A model generated the notes under the pieces. The model saw nothing but the letters and a program-made list of their open reading frames with translations. It ran no database searches and was not told the DNA's origin. The translations under genes and the position numbers were made by a program. This document shows positions 1 to 9,782 of a stretch of 64,000 bases of DNA, one piece after another. The first letter of the stretch is position 1. Each line of letters starts with the position of its first letter. The stretch comes from Promethearchaeati archaeon SRVP18_Atabeyarchaeia-1. Its GTDB lineage: Archaea > Asgardarchaeota > Atabeyarchaeia > Atabeyarchaeales > Atabeyarchaeaceae. The DNA lies in NCBI GenBank assembly GCA_037308085.1, contig CP147779.1:1408001-1472000 (forward strand), written 5' to 3'.

Positions 1-203
1 CTATACCCGTTGCTGGTTGCTAGTGTGTCAACACTGTCTTGTGCGCTGATAGGCAACCGATAGAAGCTAAGTCCAAGTCCGAACGAGAGGAGAATGCAAC
101 CGATGATTAGAAAAGCATCTGCAACCAACATTTTCTCATAAAAAGCGCTATGACCTCTAGTAACGTCACTCGGCGAGGACATCTTTGTTCTTGCTCTCCT
201 CAT
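1..203 (-). CDS. Partial membrane-anchored hypothetical protein (runs off the left edge)
   Basis: Manual translation from ATG at 203: MRRARTKMSSPSDVTRGHSAFYEKMLVADAFLIIGCILLSFGLGLSFYRLPISAQDSVDTLATSNGY; one hydrophobic segment; frame open to the window edge. Confidence 0.6.
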   Translation of the reverse strand, partial: MRRARTKMSSPSDVTRGHSAFYEKMLVADAFLIIGCILLSFGLGLSFYRLPISAQDSVDTLATSNGY

Positions 204-304
204 GTGCCAGCAATTTCATTTCCCATTAATGATAATGCAAGTCAATCGAGCAAATCCAGTTCCGGACTTCTTAACGTTTCAGTTGCCCATGCAACTGTTG
301 AAGA

Positions 305-1114
305 TCACTTCTTCGGAGCCTTCTTTCTTAGTTCCTCGTTGACAGGAAGCCTTTCGACTTTTGCGTTAATCTTCTGCAGTTCTCCAATGTACTTCTTCTT
401 TAGCTTGTCGTAGAGTTCTGGCTGTATGGCGCCTAGTTTATGCATGTCTTCCAGTCTGTCCATCAAAGTCGCCACTGCACCGCGTTCAGCCTCCAGTTCA
501 TCGATTCTCTTGGCAGCGCTCGACTCTTTCTCTTCTTCCGATTGTATCTCAGACTCGGTCGATGTGGATTCTTGCGCCGTCTCTCCAATCCTACTGGGGG
601 TGGTTGCCTTCTCGACCGTCTGACTTCCCCTTGGAACCATCGGAGGAGGCGTGAACTCAGGTTCACTCATTGTCGGCGGGGGTCTAAGCAGTTCTTCCGT
701 TGCTATCAACTTCCGCTCAGCGTCCGCAGAAGGATGCCCTGATTCAGCGGACTCAGATGCAAGAACCTCACCTTGAGCCGGTCTGGAGCGGCGTGGCTCA
801 GGGCTGCCAACGTCCTCTCTAGCATGTTGCCTAGTTGCACGAGCTCTCGCCTGTATCCTCGCGAACTCTTGAGGGGAGACCTGCCTCCTCCCTCCAGACG
901 AGCTGACGAGTCGTTGACCAGCGATCATTACAATAGGAAAAGATATGAGTATGAGAGGCCAGAGCCTGACGATAGCTTCCGCTGTAAGAAAAGGCATTAT
1001 CGGATTGGAAGGAGTACTGGGAGAGGTGTAGACCGGATTTACGAGTGCTGCGAGCAGAACGTAGAACCATACAAGTACAACTGCAAGCGCTAAGAGCTTT
1101 CCACTTCGCAACAT
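305..1114 (-). CDS. Membrane protein: 2 TM helices, Pro/Ser/Glu-rich linker, C-terminal SHOCT-like helical domain
   Basis: Two N-terminal hydrophobic stretches; low-complexity middle; C-terminal LEDMHKLGAIQPELYDKLKKKY resembles the SHOCT G-x-I-x-x-E-x-Y pattern; SD-like AGGAGG upstream. Confidence 0.7.
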   Translation of the reverse strand: MLRSGKLLALAVVLVWFYVLLAALVNPVYTSPSTPSNPIMPFLTAEAIVRLWPLILISFPIVMIAGQRLVSSSGGRRQVSPQEFARIQARARATRQHAREDVGSPEPRRSRPAQGEVLASESAESGHPSADAERKLIATEELLRPPPTMSEPEFTPPPMVPRGSQTVEKATTPSRIGETAQESTSTESEIQSEEEKESSAAKRIDELEAERGAVATLMDRLEDMHKLGAIQPELYDKLKKKYIGELQKINAKVERLPVNEELRKKAPKK

Positions 1115-1348
1115 GGTGTCCTCCTTGCACTCTAGTCATTCACTTGAAGATCACTCTAATTTGTTATCTAGGAGTCTTCCCAGATAACAATTGTTATAGC
1201 CCCTATTTATTGTTCTGGTGAGGGCGGACATCTGCCATGCTTCTGCTTCCCGGGACCAATCTGACGGCACGATATTGTCGCTGATGCATCTTTGCCCCAA
1301 CTACTATTCCGTGATGGGAAGAAGCGGCATTTCCAACAATCCCTAACT

Positions 1349-2968
1349 CTAGAATTCCTGTAGGTTGACGAATGATGCTTCAGCCCTTCTGAGGCAGAAT
1401 CTCAGGACGAGTCCAACGTATACAACAACATTGACCAACAAGAAAGCGAAAAGCGCCCAGTTGCCATAGGACAGGACAAGCATTATCGGGATGATGACGG
1501 TGAGAACTAAGGACAGTAGCGGAAGACCGAGAAGCACCAAGAAGGGTGGAGGTCCCACGCCCCTGTAGGTCGGAGGGTAGCTTACGCTTGCGAGAACCCC
1601 AACGGCGTTCGAAACTAGAAGAACAAGTGTTACCTGCAAAGCTACAAGCGGTATCGCTGAAGTGTGGGGGAGTATAACTGAGACTGTAGCAATGATCGGA
1701 GTGATATACAGAGCTGATTTGAATAATGCAAATAGGTACTTCCCTCTGATTATTGAGCTGGCGCCGATGGGAAGAGTCTTCAACAAGAAGATTGTTCGCC
1801 TCTCGCTCGCGAAAGAATCCCAGGCGGGAGGCAGAATGAAAACTGAAACAAAATAAGTTGATAAAAGGAAAACTGGATCCGTAAATTGTGACACTTCCGG
1901 ACCTGGCAAAGACAAAGGGAATATTACCTGAAGCTGGATCGTGAAGGCGAGTAGAATAAGCGTCACAAACATGGGCACCAGGAACTTTCCTGGAACACGA
2001 ACCGTTGTCCAGAAGTCCTTCATGAATACTAGTCGAAGGCTGCTCACCTCCTTATGTTCCCGGAACAACGTGTTCTTCCTCAGTCGAATGAAACTGCCTC
2101 TGGTCTGAACTAATCTTGGGGAAGCGGCCCATCTTTTCAAACCGAAGCGTGCAGTCAAAGAGGCAAAAATGAGGAAGAGAATCGCCTCAATTCCAAGCAA
2201 GGATGCTCCAACGGTGCTCCCCATCCAGAGACTAGAGGTCAACATGCTTCCAAACAAGTATGGCGGGTAGAAGCTACTTACGAATTGAAGTGGGGTCCCT
2301 CCCGCGATAATGAGAAAGGGGGTACCGATGATGAAGAAGGTGAACGCGCCGAAAGCTACTCCAAGTATCGCCTTTTGGACAGTGCTTCGGCGCATTACTA
2401 ACCCCCTTGACAGACAGTAGGAAAGATTCTCGACCAATCCATAGATCTCGATGAACGCAAGTATCGCAACATAGAGAGGAACTAGCTGAAACCCTTGGAA
2501 GCCAATTCTGCTAAACACCGGGTAGGCACCAGCAATAACCAGCGCAGCCATCATGCAGTGGACTAGGAACCTCCTAAACCTCTTTGCCACGTACAGGGCG
2601 CGAGGAGAGGCAGGCGAAGAAACGATAACGCTTTCGTCAACCCTCGTGAAAAGCCAACCGAAGCTCGAGGACAGAAGCCCCCTAACAAATGAGGAAGCCA
2701 AGAACAGCAGCATTACATAGTAGATAATCTCAGACATTCGGGCCGGGGTGAAACCCACTGAGACAAGGTATTTGGTCAGTCCAGCGCCGACCTCGGGGGA
2801 AGCGTCAAACATAAGAAATAGAATCAGTGCAAACGCAATGTGCATAACTGTAACCATTGCAGCTACCTGTATGATTAGAATGGTCGTCAGTGATCTTCTC
2901 AAAGAGAATCTGAATTCGCTCCACATCAGCTTGAGCTCGTGCCTTGCGAGGAGCAGCGTCTGACTCAA
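1349..2968 (-). CDS. ABC exporter permease (about 12 TM)
   Basis: Highly hydrophobic; ERRTIFLLKTLPI...IIRGKY motif typical of ABC-2-like permeases; overlaps the ATPase stop by 4 nt. Confidence 0.8.
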   Translation of the reverse strand: MSQTLLLARHELKLMWSEFRFSLRRSLTTILIIQVAAMVTVMHIAFALILFLMFDASPEVGAGLTKYLVSVGFTPARMSEIIYYVMLLFLASSFVRGLLSSSFGWLFTRVDESVIVSSPASPRALYVAKRFRRFLVHCMMAALVIAGAYPVFSRIGFQGFQLVPLYVAILAFIEIYGLVENLSYCLSRGLVMRRSTVQKAILGVAFGAFTFFIIGTPFLIIAGGTPLQFVSSFYPPYLFGSMLTSSLWMGSTVGASLLGIEAILFLIFASLTARFGLKRWAASPRLVQTRGSFIRLRKNTLFREHKEVSSLRLVFMKDFWTTVRVPGKFLVPMFVTLILLAFTIQLQVIFPLSLPGPEVSQFTDPVFLLSTYFVSVFILPPAWDSFASERRTIFLLKTLPIGASSIIRGKYLFALFKSALYITPIIATVSVILPHTSAIPLVALQVTLVLLVSNAVGVLASVSYPPTYRGVGPPPFLVLLGLPLLSLVLTVIIPIMLVLSYGNWALFAFLLVNVVVYVGLVLRFCLRRAEASFVNLQEF

Positions 2969-3729
2969 AGAATTTCCCTCTTAATTGGCTTTTTATCCGC
3001 AGTCAATTTCAGGAATATCTCTTCGAGAGAGCTCAGATTAAGTCTGAGACGAAGTTCGGAAAGTGCTCCTTGAGCGATTGTTACTCCGTGGTCAAGCACG
3101 GTAAATGACTCACAAATCCGTTCAGCTATTTCGAGCATATGAGTGGCTATGATTATTGTCCTACCTTCGTTCCGCTTCTCAACCAGCATTTTTCTTAGAA
3201 GCCAAGATGAGAAAGGATCAAGGCTGTTGAATGGATCGTCGAGGAGGAAGACCTTTGGCTCATGAACAAACAAGGAACATAGCACAACACGATGAGTGTA
3301 GCCTCTCGACAACTCTCCAATATATCTGCCAAGATACTCGCCGAGTTTGAATTGTTTCACATAGTTTCTAATCCGCTTCTCGGCAACTTCAGAACGCACT
3401 CCATAGAGTTTAGCCACAAAGCCTAAGAACTCCTGGACAGTTAAGGCGTCATATCCATAAGATTCCTCTGGAATGTAGCCCAAGTTGGCTTTGGCCATCT
3501 CTGGCTGATCCTCAACATCAAAGCCAGCTATCGTGCTCACACCCTCAGTGGGGGTGGAAATTCCGGATAGTATCTTGAGTGCAGTGCTTTTGCCGGCGCC
3601 ATTCGGCCCAACCAGCCCGTGAATGCAACCGTAAGGAATGTCTAGGTTGAGATCCTGCAAGGCCAAGACGTGCCCATATCGCTTAGAAAGGTTATGGGTT
3701 TTCACGGCAGCGGAGTTTTGGTCAACCAT
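2965..3729 (-). CDS. ABC transporter ATP-binding protein
   Basis: Walker A GPNGAGKST, signature-like LSRGY, Walker B FLLDDP, H-loop ATH. Confidence 0.93.
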   Translation of the reverse strand: MVDQNSAAVKTHNLSKRYGHVLALQDLNLDIPYGCIHGLVGPNGAGKSTALKILSGISTPTEGVSTIAGFDVEDQPEMAKANLGYIPEESYGYDALTVQEFLGFVAKLYGVRSEVAEKRIRNYVKQFKLGEYLGRYIGELSRGYTHRVVLCSLFVHEPKVFLLDDPFNSLDPFSSWLLRKMLVEKRNEGRTIIIATHMLEIAERICESFTVLDHGVTIAQGALSELRLRLNLSSLEEIFLKLTADKKPIKREIL

Positions 3730-4038
3730 AAACGTCGCCTGAAATCCAGTCTGGTTTAGTTTGGTCCACGTTAAGCTCGCAATGGCAGAAATTCAGCTGA
3801 AGCCGTATTGGACTCCGACCCCTCACTCGTCTCAGTGTCAACTCATTATGAGACACTATTAAAGATTTCTAAATATGCAAGGTTCAAACCCAATCTGATT
3901 TTTCTTGGCGGCCAGCTCGGAGTTATAAAACTTTAAGTAGTGCGACATTTTTAGTACTCTAAAAGCGTGGTCAGCTGGACAGAAACGATGCTTCGCAGAA
4001 GAGTGACCGACGGTTAGCGTTGGAGTCGTGATCACCGA

Positions 4039-4797
4039 ATGAAGCTCCTAGTCTCTCCCAGGGACGAAGGTGAAGCGCTTGAAGCCGTGGCAGGTGGCGC
4101 CGATATCATCGACGTTAAGAACCCTGTTGAGGGATCCTTGGGAGCGAATTTCCCTTGGATAATAAGAAGAATCAGAGAAGTAGTTCCGGCGGAAATTGAA
4201 GTTTCAGCCGCAGTGGGCGATGTCCCCGATCTGCCGGGAACAGTGTCACTTGCGGCACTGGGAGTTGCCACTCTGGGCGCAAACTACATCAAGGTCGGGC
4301 TTTCTGGACCGCGCTCAATTGATGGAGCCACCTACTTGATGAGTTGCGTTGTCCACGCGGTGAGGGATCTTGATCCGAGGGTAAAGGTCGTTGCAGCTGC
4401 ATATGCCGATTGGACAAGAGCTGGTACGGTCAATCCTGCACATGTCCCCGAGATTGCAAAGAGATCTGGATCTCGTGTGGCGATGGTTGATACGAAGATC
4501 AAGGACGGAAAGAGGCTCTTCGACTTTCTTTCTCATAGGGATCTGGATCTCTTCATAAAAAGGTCCCATGATCTTGGACTGCTCGCCGCGCTGGCAGGGT
4601 CGCTTCAGAAGGAGGATTTGCCCCTTCTCGCCAAGCTTAATGCCGATATTGTCGGGGTTCGGACGGCTGTCTGCGAACGACTGGATCGAATCAATGGACG
4701 CATAACTAGAGTAAAGGTACGGGAGTTGGTGAACGTGATACGGGAGAGTTCACCCGACCACGCCTTGAGGACAGAACCGGCGAAAAAAGGGCTATGA
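4039..4797 (+). CDS. mfnB: (5-formylfuran-3-yl)methyl phosphate synthase (methanofuran biosynthesis)
   Basis: MKLLVSP...EA...GGADIIDVKNPVEGSLGANFPW, YIKVGL, MVDTKIKDGK, ALAGSL, DIVGVR motifs of the UPF0264/MfnB family; next to other mfn genes. Confidence 0.9.
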   Translation: MKLLVSPRDEGEALEAVAGGADIIDVKNPVEGSLGANFPWIIRRIREVVPAEIEVSAAVGDVPDLPGTVSLAALGVATLGANYIKVGLSGPRSIDGATYLMSCVVHAVRDLDPRVKVVAAAYADWTRAGTVNPAHVPEIAKRSGSRVAMVDTKIKDGKRLFDFLSHRDLDLFIKRSHDLGLLAALAGSLQKEDLPLLAKLNADIVGVRTAVCERLDRINGRITRVKVRELVNVIRESSPDHALRTEPAKKGL

Positions 4798-4813
4798 CGA
4801 GATGATTTCTTGG

Positions 4814-5503
4814 CTATCCTGGCCGTATGAATGTCTCCTTCGTGGGTTCGCCTTTCAAGATGCTTTCGACTCTCTCTGGATGTAAGCCATTCACAATGTG
4901 CGTCCTTACTCTACTGTTTCTGAGGATCTTGGGAACCATCTTGTCTATGCATGTGGGTTTACTCATCGTCTCGATCAACTCGTTGGCATTAGTTTTCTCG
5001 ATTAGGGTGGCGTCTTTCACCTTCTTTGGATCATCAGAGAATATTCCATCGACGTCCTTCACCAGGATCAGCTTTTCCGCTCGCATGGATCTTGCGACGT
5101 AGGCTGCTATCGAGTCACTTGTAACCCCCCATGAGTGGGGCAGAGGATCTCTATTGAGCATCAATCGGAAGGGGGCAATTATGGCGACTTGATGACCCTT
5201 CGTCGTCCTTCTAGCATCACTCGGGTCAAAGACAACCCGCGACCCCTTAAGAAACTGGCTTATCATGTAGGCGTTCTGATCCATCGCGAGTATTGCCATA
5301 TGATGCGCTGTCGACTCAGAAAGCTGGAACTCGACGTACATCCTTCGTACCTCGTTGGCAAGTGATCCACCTCCCGGAGTCACGATCAGTCGTTGATATT
5401 TTCCTTGCTCGCTGATGATCCTGAAGAGTGGACCGATGGAATCAAAGTGGTTCACTAGGATATTGCCACCTATCTTAATCACAGCCTCAATTACCCTCTT
5501 CAA
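4814..5503 (-). CDS. mfnE: Amino-acid-kinase-family protein, [5-(aminomethyl)furan-3-yl]methyl phosphate kinase
   Basis: VIKIGG, PGGG..ANEVR, AHHMAILAMDQ, LPHSWGVTSDSIAA, KDVDGI motifs; mfn cluster context. Confidence 0.82.
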   Translation of the reverse strand: MKRVIEAVIKIGGNILVNHFDSIGPLFRIISEQGKYQRLIVTPGGGSLANEVRRMYVEFQLSESTAHHMAILAMDQNAYMISQFLKGSRVVFDPSDARRTTKGHQVAIIAPFRLMLNRDPLPHSWGVTSDSIAAYVARSMRAEKLILVKDVDGIFSDDPKKVKDATLIEKTNANELIETMSKPTCIDKMVPKILRNSRVRTHIVNGLHPERVESILKGEPTKETFIRPG

Positions 5504-5552
5504 CGAAAACCCTTCCTACAAGGATCACGGTCAAGCTTACCGAAATCAGCTG

Positions 5553-6644
5553 TTATTTCTCCTCTTGTTCAAGATTGAGCAACCAAGCATTAAGCATGAT
5601 CGCTGCGGCCGCCGACGGCGCGGTGACTGCACTTTGAGCATCAAGAAGTTCTTCAATGCTTATGATTCTCGCGAAACCTGATCTCCTTGCCGCCTCGGCG
5701 GCCAAGAAGGTGCGCGCCAGACCAGCTACTGTTACGACGAATCTCTTCTTTGACTGGTCCGTCAAGTGGAGTCGATCTGCAACTTGTGAAATGCCTCCGG
5801 CAATTGTCTCCAATTGGGCAATATGAACTTCTCTCGCTAGACCAACTATCTCTTGCTCAGTAAGCATCTCCACATCGGCACATATGACTCTGGCTAGCCT
5901 CGCAAGGGAGTCCTTGCGACTCCTCCCCCGCCCATCAGCGGTGTCACAGCCGTATTCGTCCTCGGAGATGTGTCTGAGGATCAAGTGGACGTCGGCGGAG
6001 AGCGCAAACTTCTCAGAAGAGACTCTGCATGGCTTACCATGATAGGTCAGTGTGTTTACGATGGCTGAAATTGGTGTCCTTAGTGCGCCCGTGAATACGA
6101 GTTCACCTGAGACTAGCCTCTCCGGATCAGTCTTGCCTACTGCAACGATTTTCCCATTTCTTATCGGAATAATATCGGTTGTTGTGGACCCAGTGTCGAT
6201 GAGAATTGTATCCTTGGTTTGCCGTGCGACTAGCCACGCTGTTGCCGGCCAGTTAGCGGCGGCAACCGTCAGCGGGTCTTTACGAGACTCCTCAACAGTC
6301 CGCAGCTTCGCCTCAACGTCTACCACACGGATTAGGTCATCCATCTCAGGGAAAGCAATGTTCACGCTGTCTAGTATGTGGTTTACTCCTTCACGCTTCG
6401 TGTAATATGCATCTGATAGTTCAGCGGTCATCGTGACTGCAATGCCGTCAACTTTCTGTCCCTTGAGTAGTTCCTCTTTCAATTCCTTTAGAACTTCAGG
6501 AAGACCTTCTTTCCCATCAAGCCAAATTGGGAAGTACCTTGATATGCTTCGCATCTCGACTAACTTGTCACCTGAGAACCCGGCAAGCGAAGCCTTTGTG
6601 TTTGCTCCACCAATATCCCATCCGATGATGGTGCGATTCACCAA
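5553..6644 (-). CDS. mfnF: Hydantoinase/oxoprolinase-like methanofuran biosynthesis protein
   Basis: GWDIGGANTK, VTMTAELSD, AAANW, DTGSTTTDIIP, ELVFTGALRT, TADGR, ARLARVICAD motifs. Confidence 0.85.
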   Translation of the reverse strand: MVNRTIIGWDIGGANTKASLAGFSGDKLVEMRSISRYFPIWLDGKEGLPEVLKELKEELLKGQKVDGIAVTMTAELSDAYYTKREGVNHILDSVNIAFPEMDDLIRVVDVEAKLRTVEESRKDPLTVAAANWPATAWLVARQTKDTILIDTGSTTTDIIPIRNGKIVAVGKTDPERLVSGELVFTGALRTPISAIVNTLTYHGKPCRVSSEKFALSADVHLILRHISEDEYGCDTADGRGRSRKDSLARLARVICADVEMLTEQEIVGLAREVHIAQLETIAGGISQVADRLHLTDQSKKRFVVTVAGLARTFLAAEAARRSGFARIISIEELLDAQSAVTAPSAAAAIMLNAWLLNLEQEEK

Positions 6645-6682
6645 TTTCGCGTTTAACCTCCCATTCTGACTCAGTACCGTGT

Positions 6683-8008
6683 TCAGCCTTTCTGAAGCTT
6701 CGCGGCTATCCGCTCAAGTTTTCTTTCATTTCGGGACTTGAGGTCCATGGCTTCGTCCAGAGACTTGCCAATGTTCACTAGGAATGCTTCCTTGTTCTCA
6801 CCTTGCTCCTGGAAAGGTGGAGATTCAACATACTCCAGGTTAGATAGTACATCAATCATATCCCTATCAACCTTAAGATGCGGGTTGAGCTTAGCCTTGG
6901 AGTAATATGCGACGCCTCTAAACCCAACACGAGAAGGCAACCCATCACTTCTTACAGCATCTAGGATCGCTGGGGCAACACCGTCTCTTCCATCCGTCAC
7001 CAGCACGCGGGATAGCCCAGCATAGGACGTTGTAATCCTTGCATTAACCTCCATAAACACAGGCTCCTCACCTGTAAGCACGAAGTCTATCCCCACATAG
7101 CCTCTCAAGCCCTTTACCGCCTCGACAATCCTACGCGCGCAGTCAAACGCCTTGTCTCTTAGAGGATGATCAAAAGGCGTATACCCGCCCTCATACGTCG
7201 AACTCTGTTTATCGGGGGACCTAAGTTCAACCAGTTGCCTGTTGAGAGAAAGAGGCAAGGCATGACCATTCTTAGTGGAGAGAACGCTGACGCTTGCGTC
7301 CACCCCTTTGATGTATTCCTGTATCAGCAGCCTCCTCTGGGAGCCTCCCTCACCAAGATTTCTCAAAGCCATGCCAAGATCCCGCCGATCTCTGATGACA
7401 AAGACTCCTTCAGATCCGGCCCCATCCTTCGGCTTGATGATAACCGGATAGCCGATATCTCGCGCCAAGTCGTGAACGTCCGCCTCCTCCACATCCGTTG
7501 ATGTGGCAAAAGCGGCAGGTACACGAATCCCCAGCGACTTCGCCATTTCAGCGGCCCTCTCCTTGTCAGCAACAAGTTTCACCGCGCCGGAAGAAGATCC
7601 AAGTAAGATGGGACCTCTCTCCTCCGCAATCTCAGTCATCTTGAGCAATATGCCGTTGGTCTCTGGCGCGACAACGAGTGCTGCATCAACCTGCGACAGA
7701 GATGAACTGAATGCTCTATCAAATTCACTGCTTGAAGAGATCCTGGCTACACTCTTGGCAGCCAAAGGTTCAGCAGCTCCGCTAAGCCTTCGATCCAGCA
7801 AGGTAGCTACTTCACAGCCAGCGTTGTACGAGAAGTCTTTCAACAACGTATTAGACATCGCGTACGCTTCACTCAGTACCTGTGGAAAAGTGGGGCTCTC
7901 TGAGAAGCCTCCTCCCGTGAGATACTCGCAGATTAGCACACGAAGAGACAAAGGCAACTTCACCTGGGTTTTCCTGCCCGCAGTTGTGACAGTGAGCCTT
8001 CCACACAT
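6683..8008 (-). CDS. mfnD: ATP-grasp ligase, tyramine--L-glutamate ligase-like (true start probably a little downstream)
   Basis: CEYLTGGG, VAPET, IKPKDGAGSEG, QEYIKG..ASVS, LSLNRQ, YEGGYTP, GLRGYVGIDFV, EVNARITTSY motifs; mfn context. Confidence 0.82.
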   Translation of the reverse strand: MCGRLTVTTAGRKTQVKLPLSLRVLICEYLTGGGFSESPTFPQVLSEAYAMSNTLLKDFSYNAGCEVATLLDRRLSGAAEPLAAKSVARISSSSEFDRAFSSSLSQVDAALVVAPETNGILLKMTEIAEERGPILLGSSSGAVKLVADKERAAEMAKSLGIRVPAAFATSTDVEEADVHDLARDIGYPVIIKPKDGAGSEGVFVIRDRRDLGMALRNLGEGGSQRRLLIQEYIKGVDASVSVLSTKNGHALPLSLNRQLVELRSPDKQSSTYEGGYTPFDHPLRDKAFDCARRIVEAVKGLRGYVGIDFVLTGEEPVFMEVNARITTSYAGLSRVLVTDGRDGVAPAILDAVRSDGLPSRVGFRGVAYYSKAKLNPHLKVDRDMIDVLSNLEYVESPPFQEQGENKEAFLVNIGKSLDEAMDLKSRNERKLERIAAKLQKG

Positions 8009-8179
8009 CTTTATTAGTTGTGGTCGCTTACACTCAGCGTTTCAAGATGTTCCAGAAAATTGCTCACGCATACCTAGATCGAAGAGTAGTATTGAAAGAT
8101 ATTTAGGGTGATTTCACTACGTTAGTTTCAGTCGTCCCTAGAGGTGTGATCTCTGAAGGGGAGTTGGGGGCTAGGGTGA

Positions 8180-9724
8180 TTGGGCCAGAAAGATAGGATC
8201 CTACGGAAATTAGGCAGAGAGAGACTCTTGCAGCTAGCTGTTGCTTCATCTGGCGGTCGACGCTTCCCATACTGGTCTGTTCCCAAAAGACCCAGCAATG
8301 AAATGGATGAGAGCGCGTTAATCGCGATGGTCAAGGAGTCCATGAGTGTAGAGGAGATCAGGAGACGCCTGAAGATTCAAAAAGTTCAGGATCGCCGACG
8401 CTATCATTCTGCGCTAGCTCTTGTTGCGCTGGTAACAATACTTGGAGTTTCCTTCATTCCAGTAAACTCATTTATGACCAGCTCCCTTTCGGTCAACACA
8501 ACGCCACCAGAAGTGGAATGGAGCCGCGAATACGGTTTGAATCCTTCAACTTTCGGGACGATTGACAACGATCTCCAGCGGACATCAGATGGGGGATATG
8601 TTCTTGCAGGATACAATTATACTGGAGGCATCTTAATCATCAAGGTTGATCAGGACGGATTCGTGCAGTGGAGTAGAACTTATGGCGGAGAGGTATATGG
8701 CATAGCTTACTCAATCAAGCAGACTTCTGACCAAGGCTATATCATAGCCGGATCTTGCATCTACTACAACGTTAGCGGCAATTTCATCTTCATATTCGAC
8801 GAAGTATACATGGTCAGGACCGATGAATATGGCAACTTGCAGTGGAGCAGGACTTATCGTGTACTCGACAATAGTTACGCCTACGACGTTAGGCAGACTG
8901 CTGATGGAGGATACATCGTGGCAGGTATGACGGGCAACAACAGCGGCTCGACCAGCGCCTTGCTATTAAGGATCGACTCGGAAGGGGCTCTACTATGGAG
9001 CATGACGTATGGAACTGGTAGTGTGGCCTACTCAGTCTTGGAGGCGCCTGATGAGGGGTACATCTTTGCGGGGAGGTCCCCTATTGGCGTCGCGTGGCTT
9101 TTGAGAACAAACCAGTATGGGAAGGCGATGTGGAACAAGACATGTGTTAGGTCATTGTGGTCAGAAGCCCACTGTATTGAAGCGACTTCTGATGGAGGTT
9201 ACATTATTGGGGGGCGCGATGATTCCATCGACTACTCCCCTGGCAGTGAAGCTTTTGTCGTTAAGACTGACCAGGTCGGAAACGCCTATTGGGCTGCGTT
9301 CTACCGGGAAAGTTACTATAATTGTGCCGTCTCTGTTCACGAGACCAATAACGGGGGATTTGCAGTAGGCGGCTATGCGCAAGATTACTATTTCAGCGGA
9401 AGCGCAATGTGGATCCTGAAGATTGACGGAAATGGCGGGAAACTCTGGAATAAGACGCTAAATGGCTACGGATACGCAATAGGCGGCTGGATTCAAGTTA
9501 CCCCCGACGATGGATATGTCGTAGCTGGAACAAGCAATTACTATGGCAGTGCAGCCATGTTGATCCTTGAACTGAAACTGCCTGTATCGGTTGCCGTGCT
9601 GTTGTACGGTGCGGGCGTCGTTGCTGTACCTGTTTGTATTGTCAGCTTGGTTTTTTTGGGAAGTAGAGGGAGGAAGAGCAGACGGAGAAACCCTGTGTCA
9701 CCCTCGCGCGCTTCTATGGGATAG
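8180..9724 (+). CDS. Membrane-anchored beta-propeller repeat protein with a short N-terminal cytosolic domain
   Basis: About 7 repeats of W-x-x-T-Y...(Q/E)T-x-DGGY-x-x-AG...K-x-D-x-x-G; TM near residues 77-93 and at the C-terminus followed by a basic tail. Confidence 0.8.
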   Translation: MGQKDRILRKLGRERLLQLAVASSGGRRFPYWSVPKRPSNEMDESALIAMVKESMSVEEIRRRLKIQKVQDRRRYHSALALVALVTILGVSFIPVNSFMTSSLSVNTTPPEVEWSREYGLNPSTFGTIDNDLQRTSDGGYVLAGYNYTGGILIIKVDQDGFVQWSRTYGGEVYGIAYSIKQTSDQGYIIAGSCIYYNVSGNFIFIFDEVYMVRTDEYGNLQWSRTYRVLDNSYAYDVRQTADGGYIVAGMTGNNSGSTSALLLRIDSEGALLWSMTYGTGSVAYSVLEAPDEGYIFAGRSPIGVAWLLRTNQYGKAMWNKTCVRSLWSEAHCIEATSDGGYIIGGRDDSIDYSPGSEAFVVKTDQVGNAYWAAFYRESYYNCAVSVHETNNGGFAVGGYAQDYYFSGSAMWILKIDGNGGKLWNKTLNGYGYAIGGWIQVTPDDGYVVAGTSNYYGSAAMLILELKLPVSVAVLLYGAGVVAVPVCIVSLVFLGSRGRKSRRRNPVSPSRASMG

Positions 9725-9782
9725 TACTAGAGATTCGGTCGAGGATCATGGTGTTGTGCGGGATAGAACAACTTGCAGTAGG

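Noticed and set aside
3870-3900. GGTTCAAACCC as a tRNA T-loop
   Set aside because: No acceptor, D or anticodon stems around it; it lies in an AT-rich divergent promoter.
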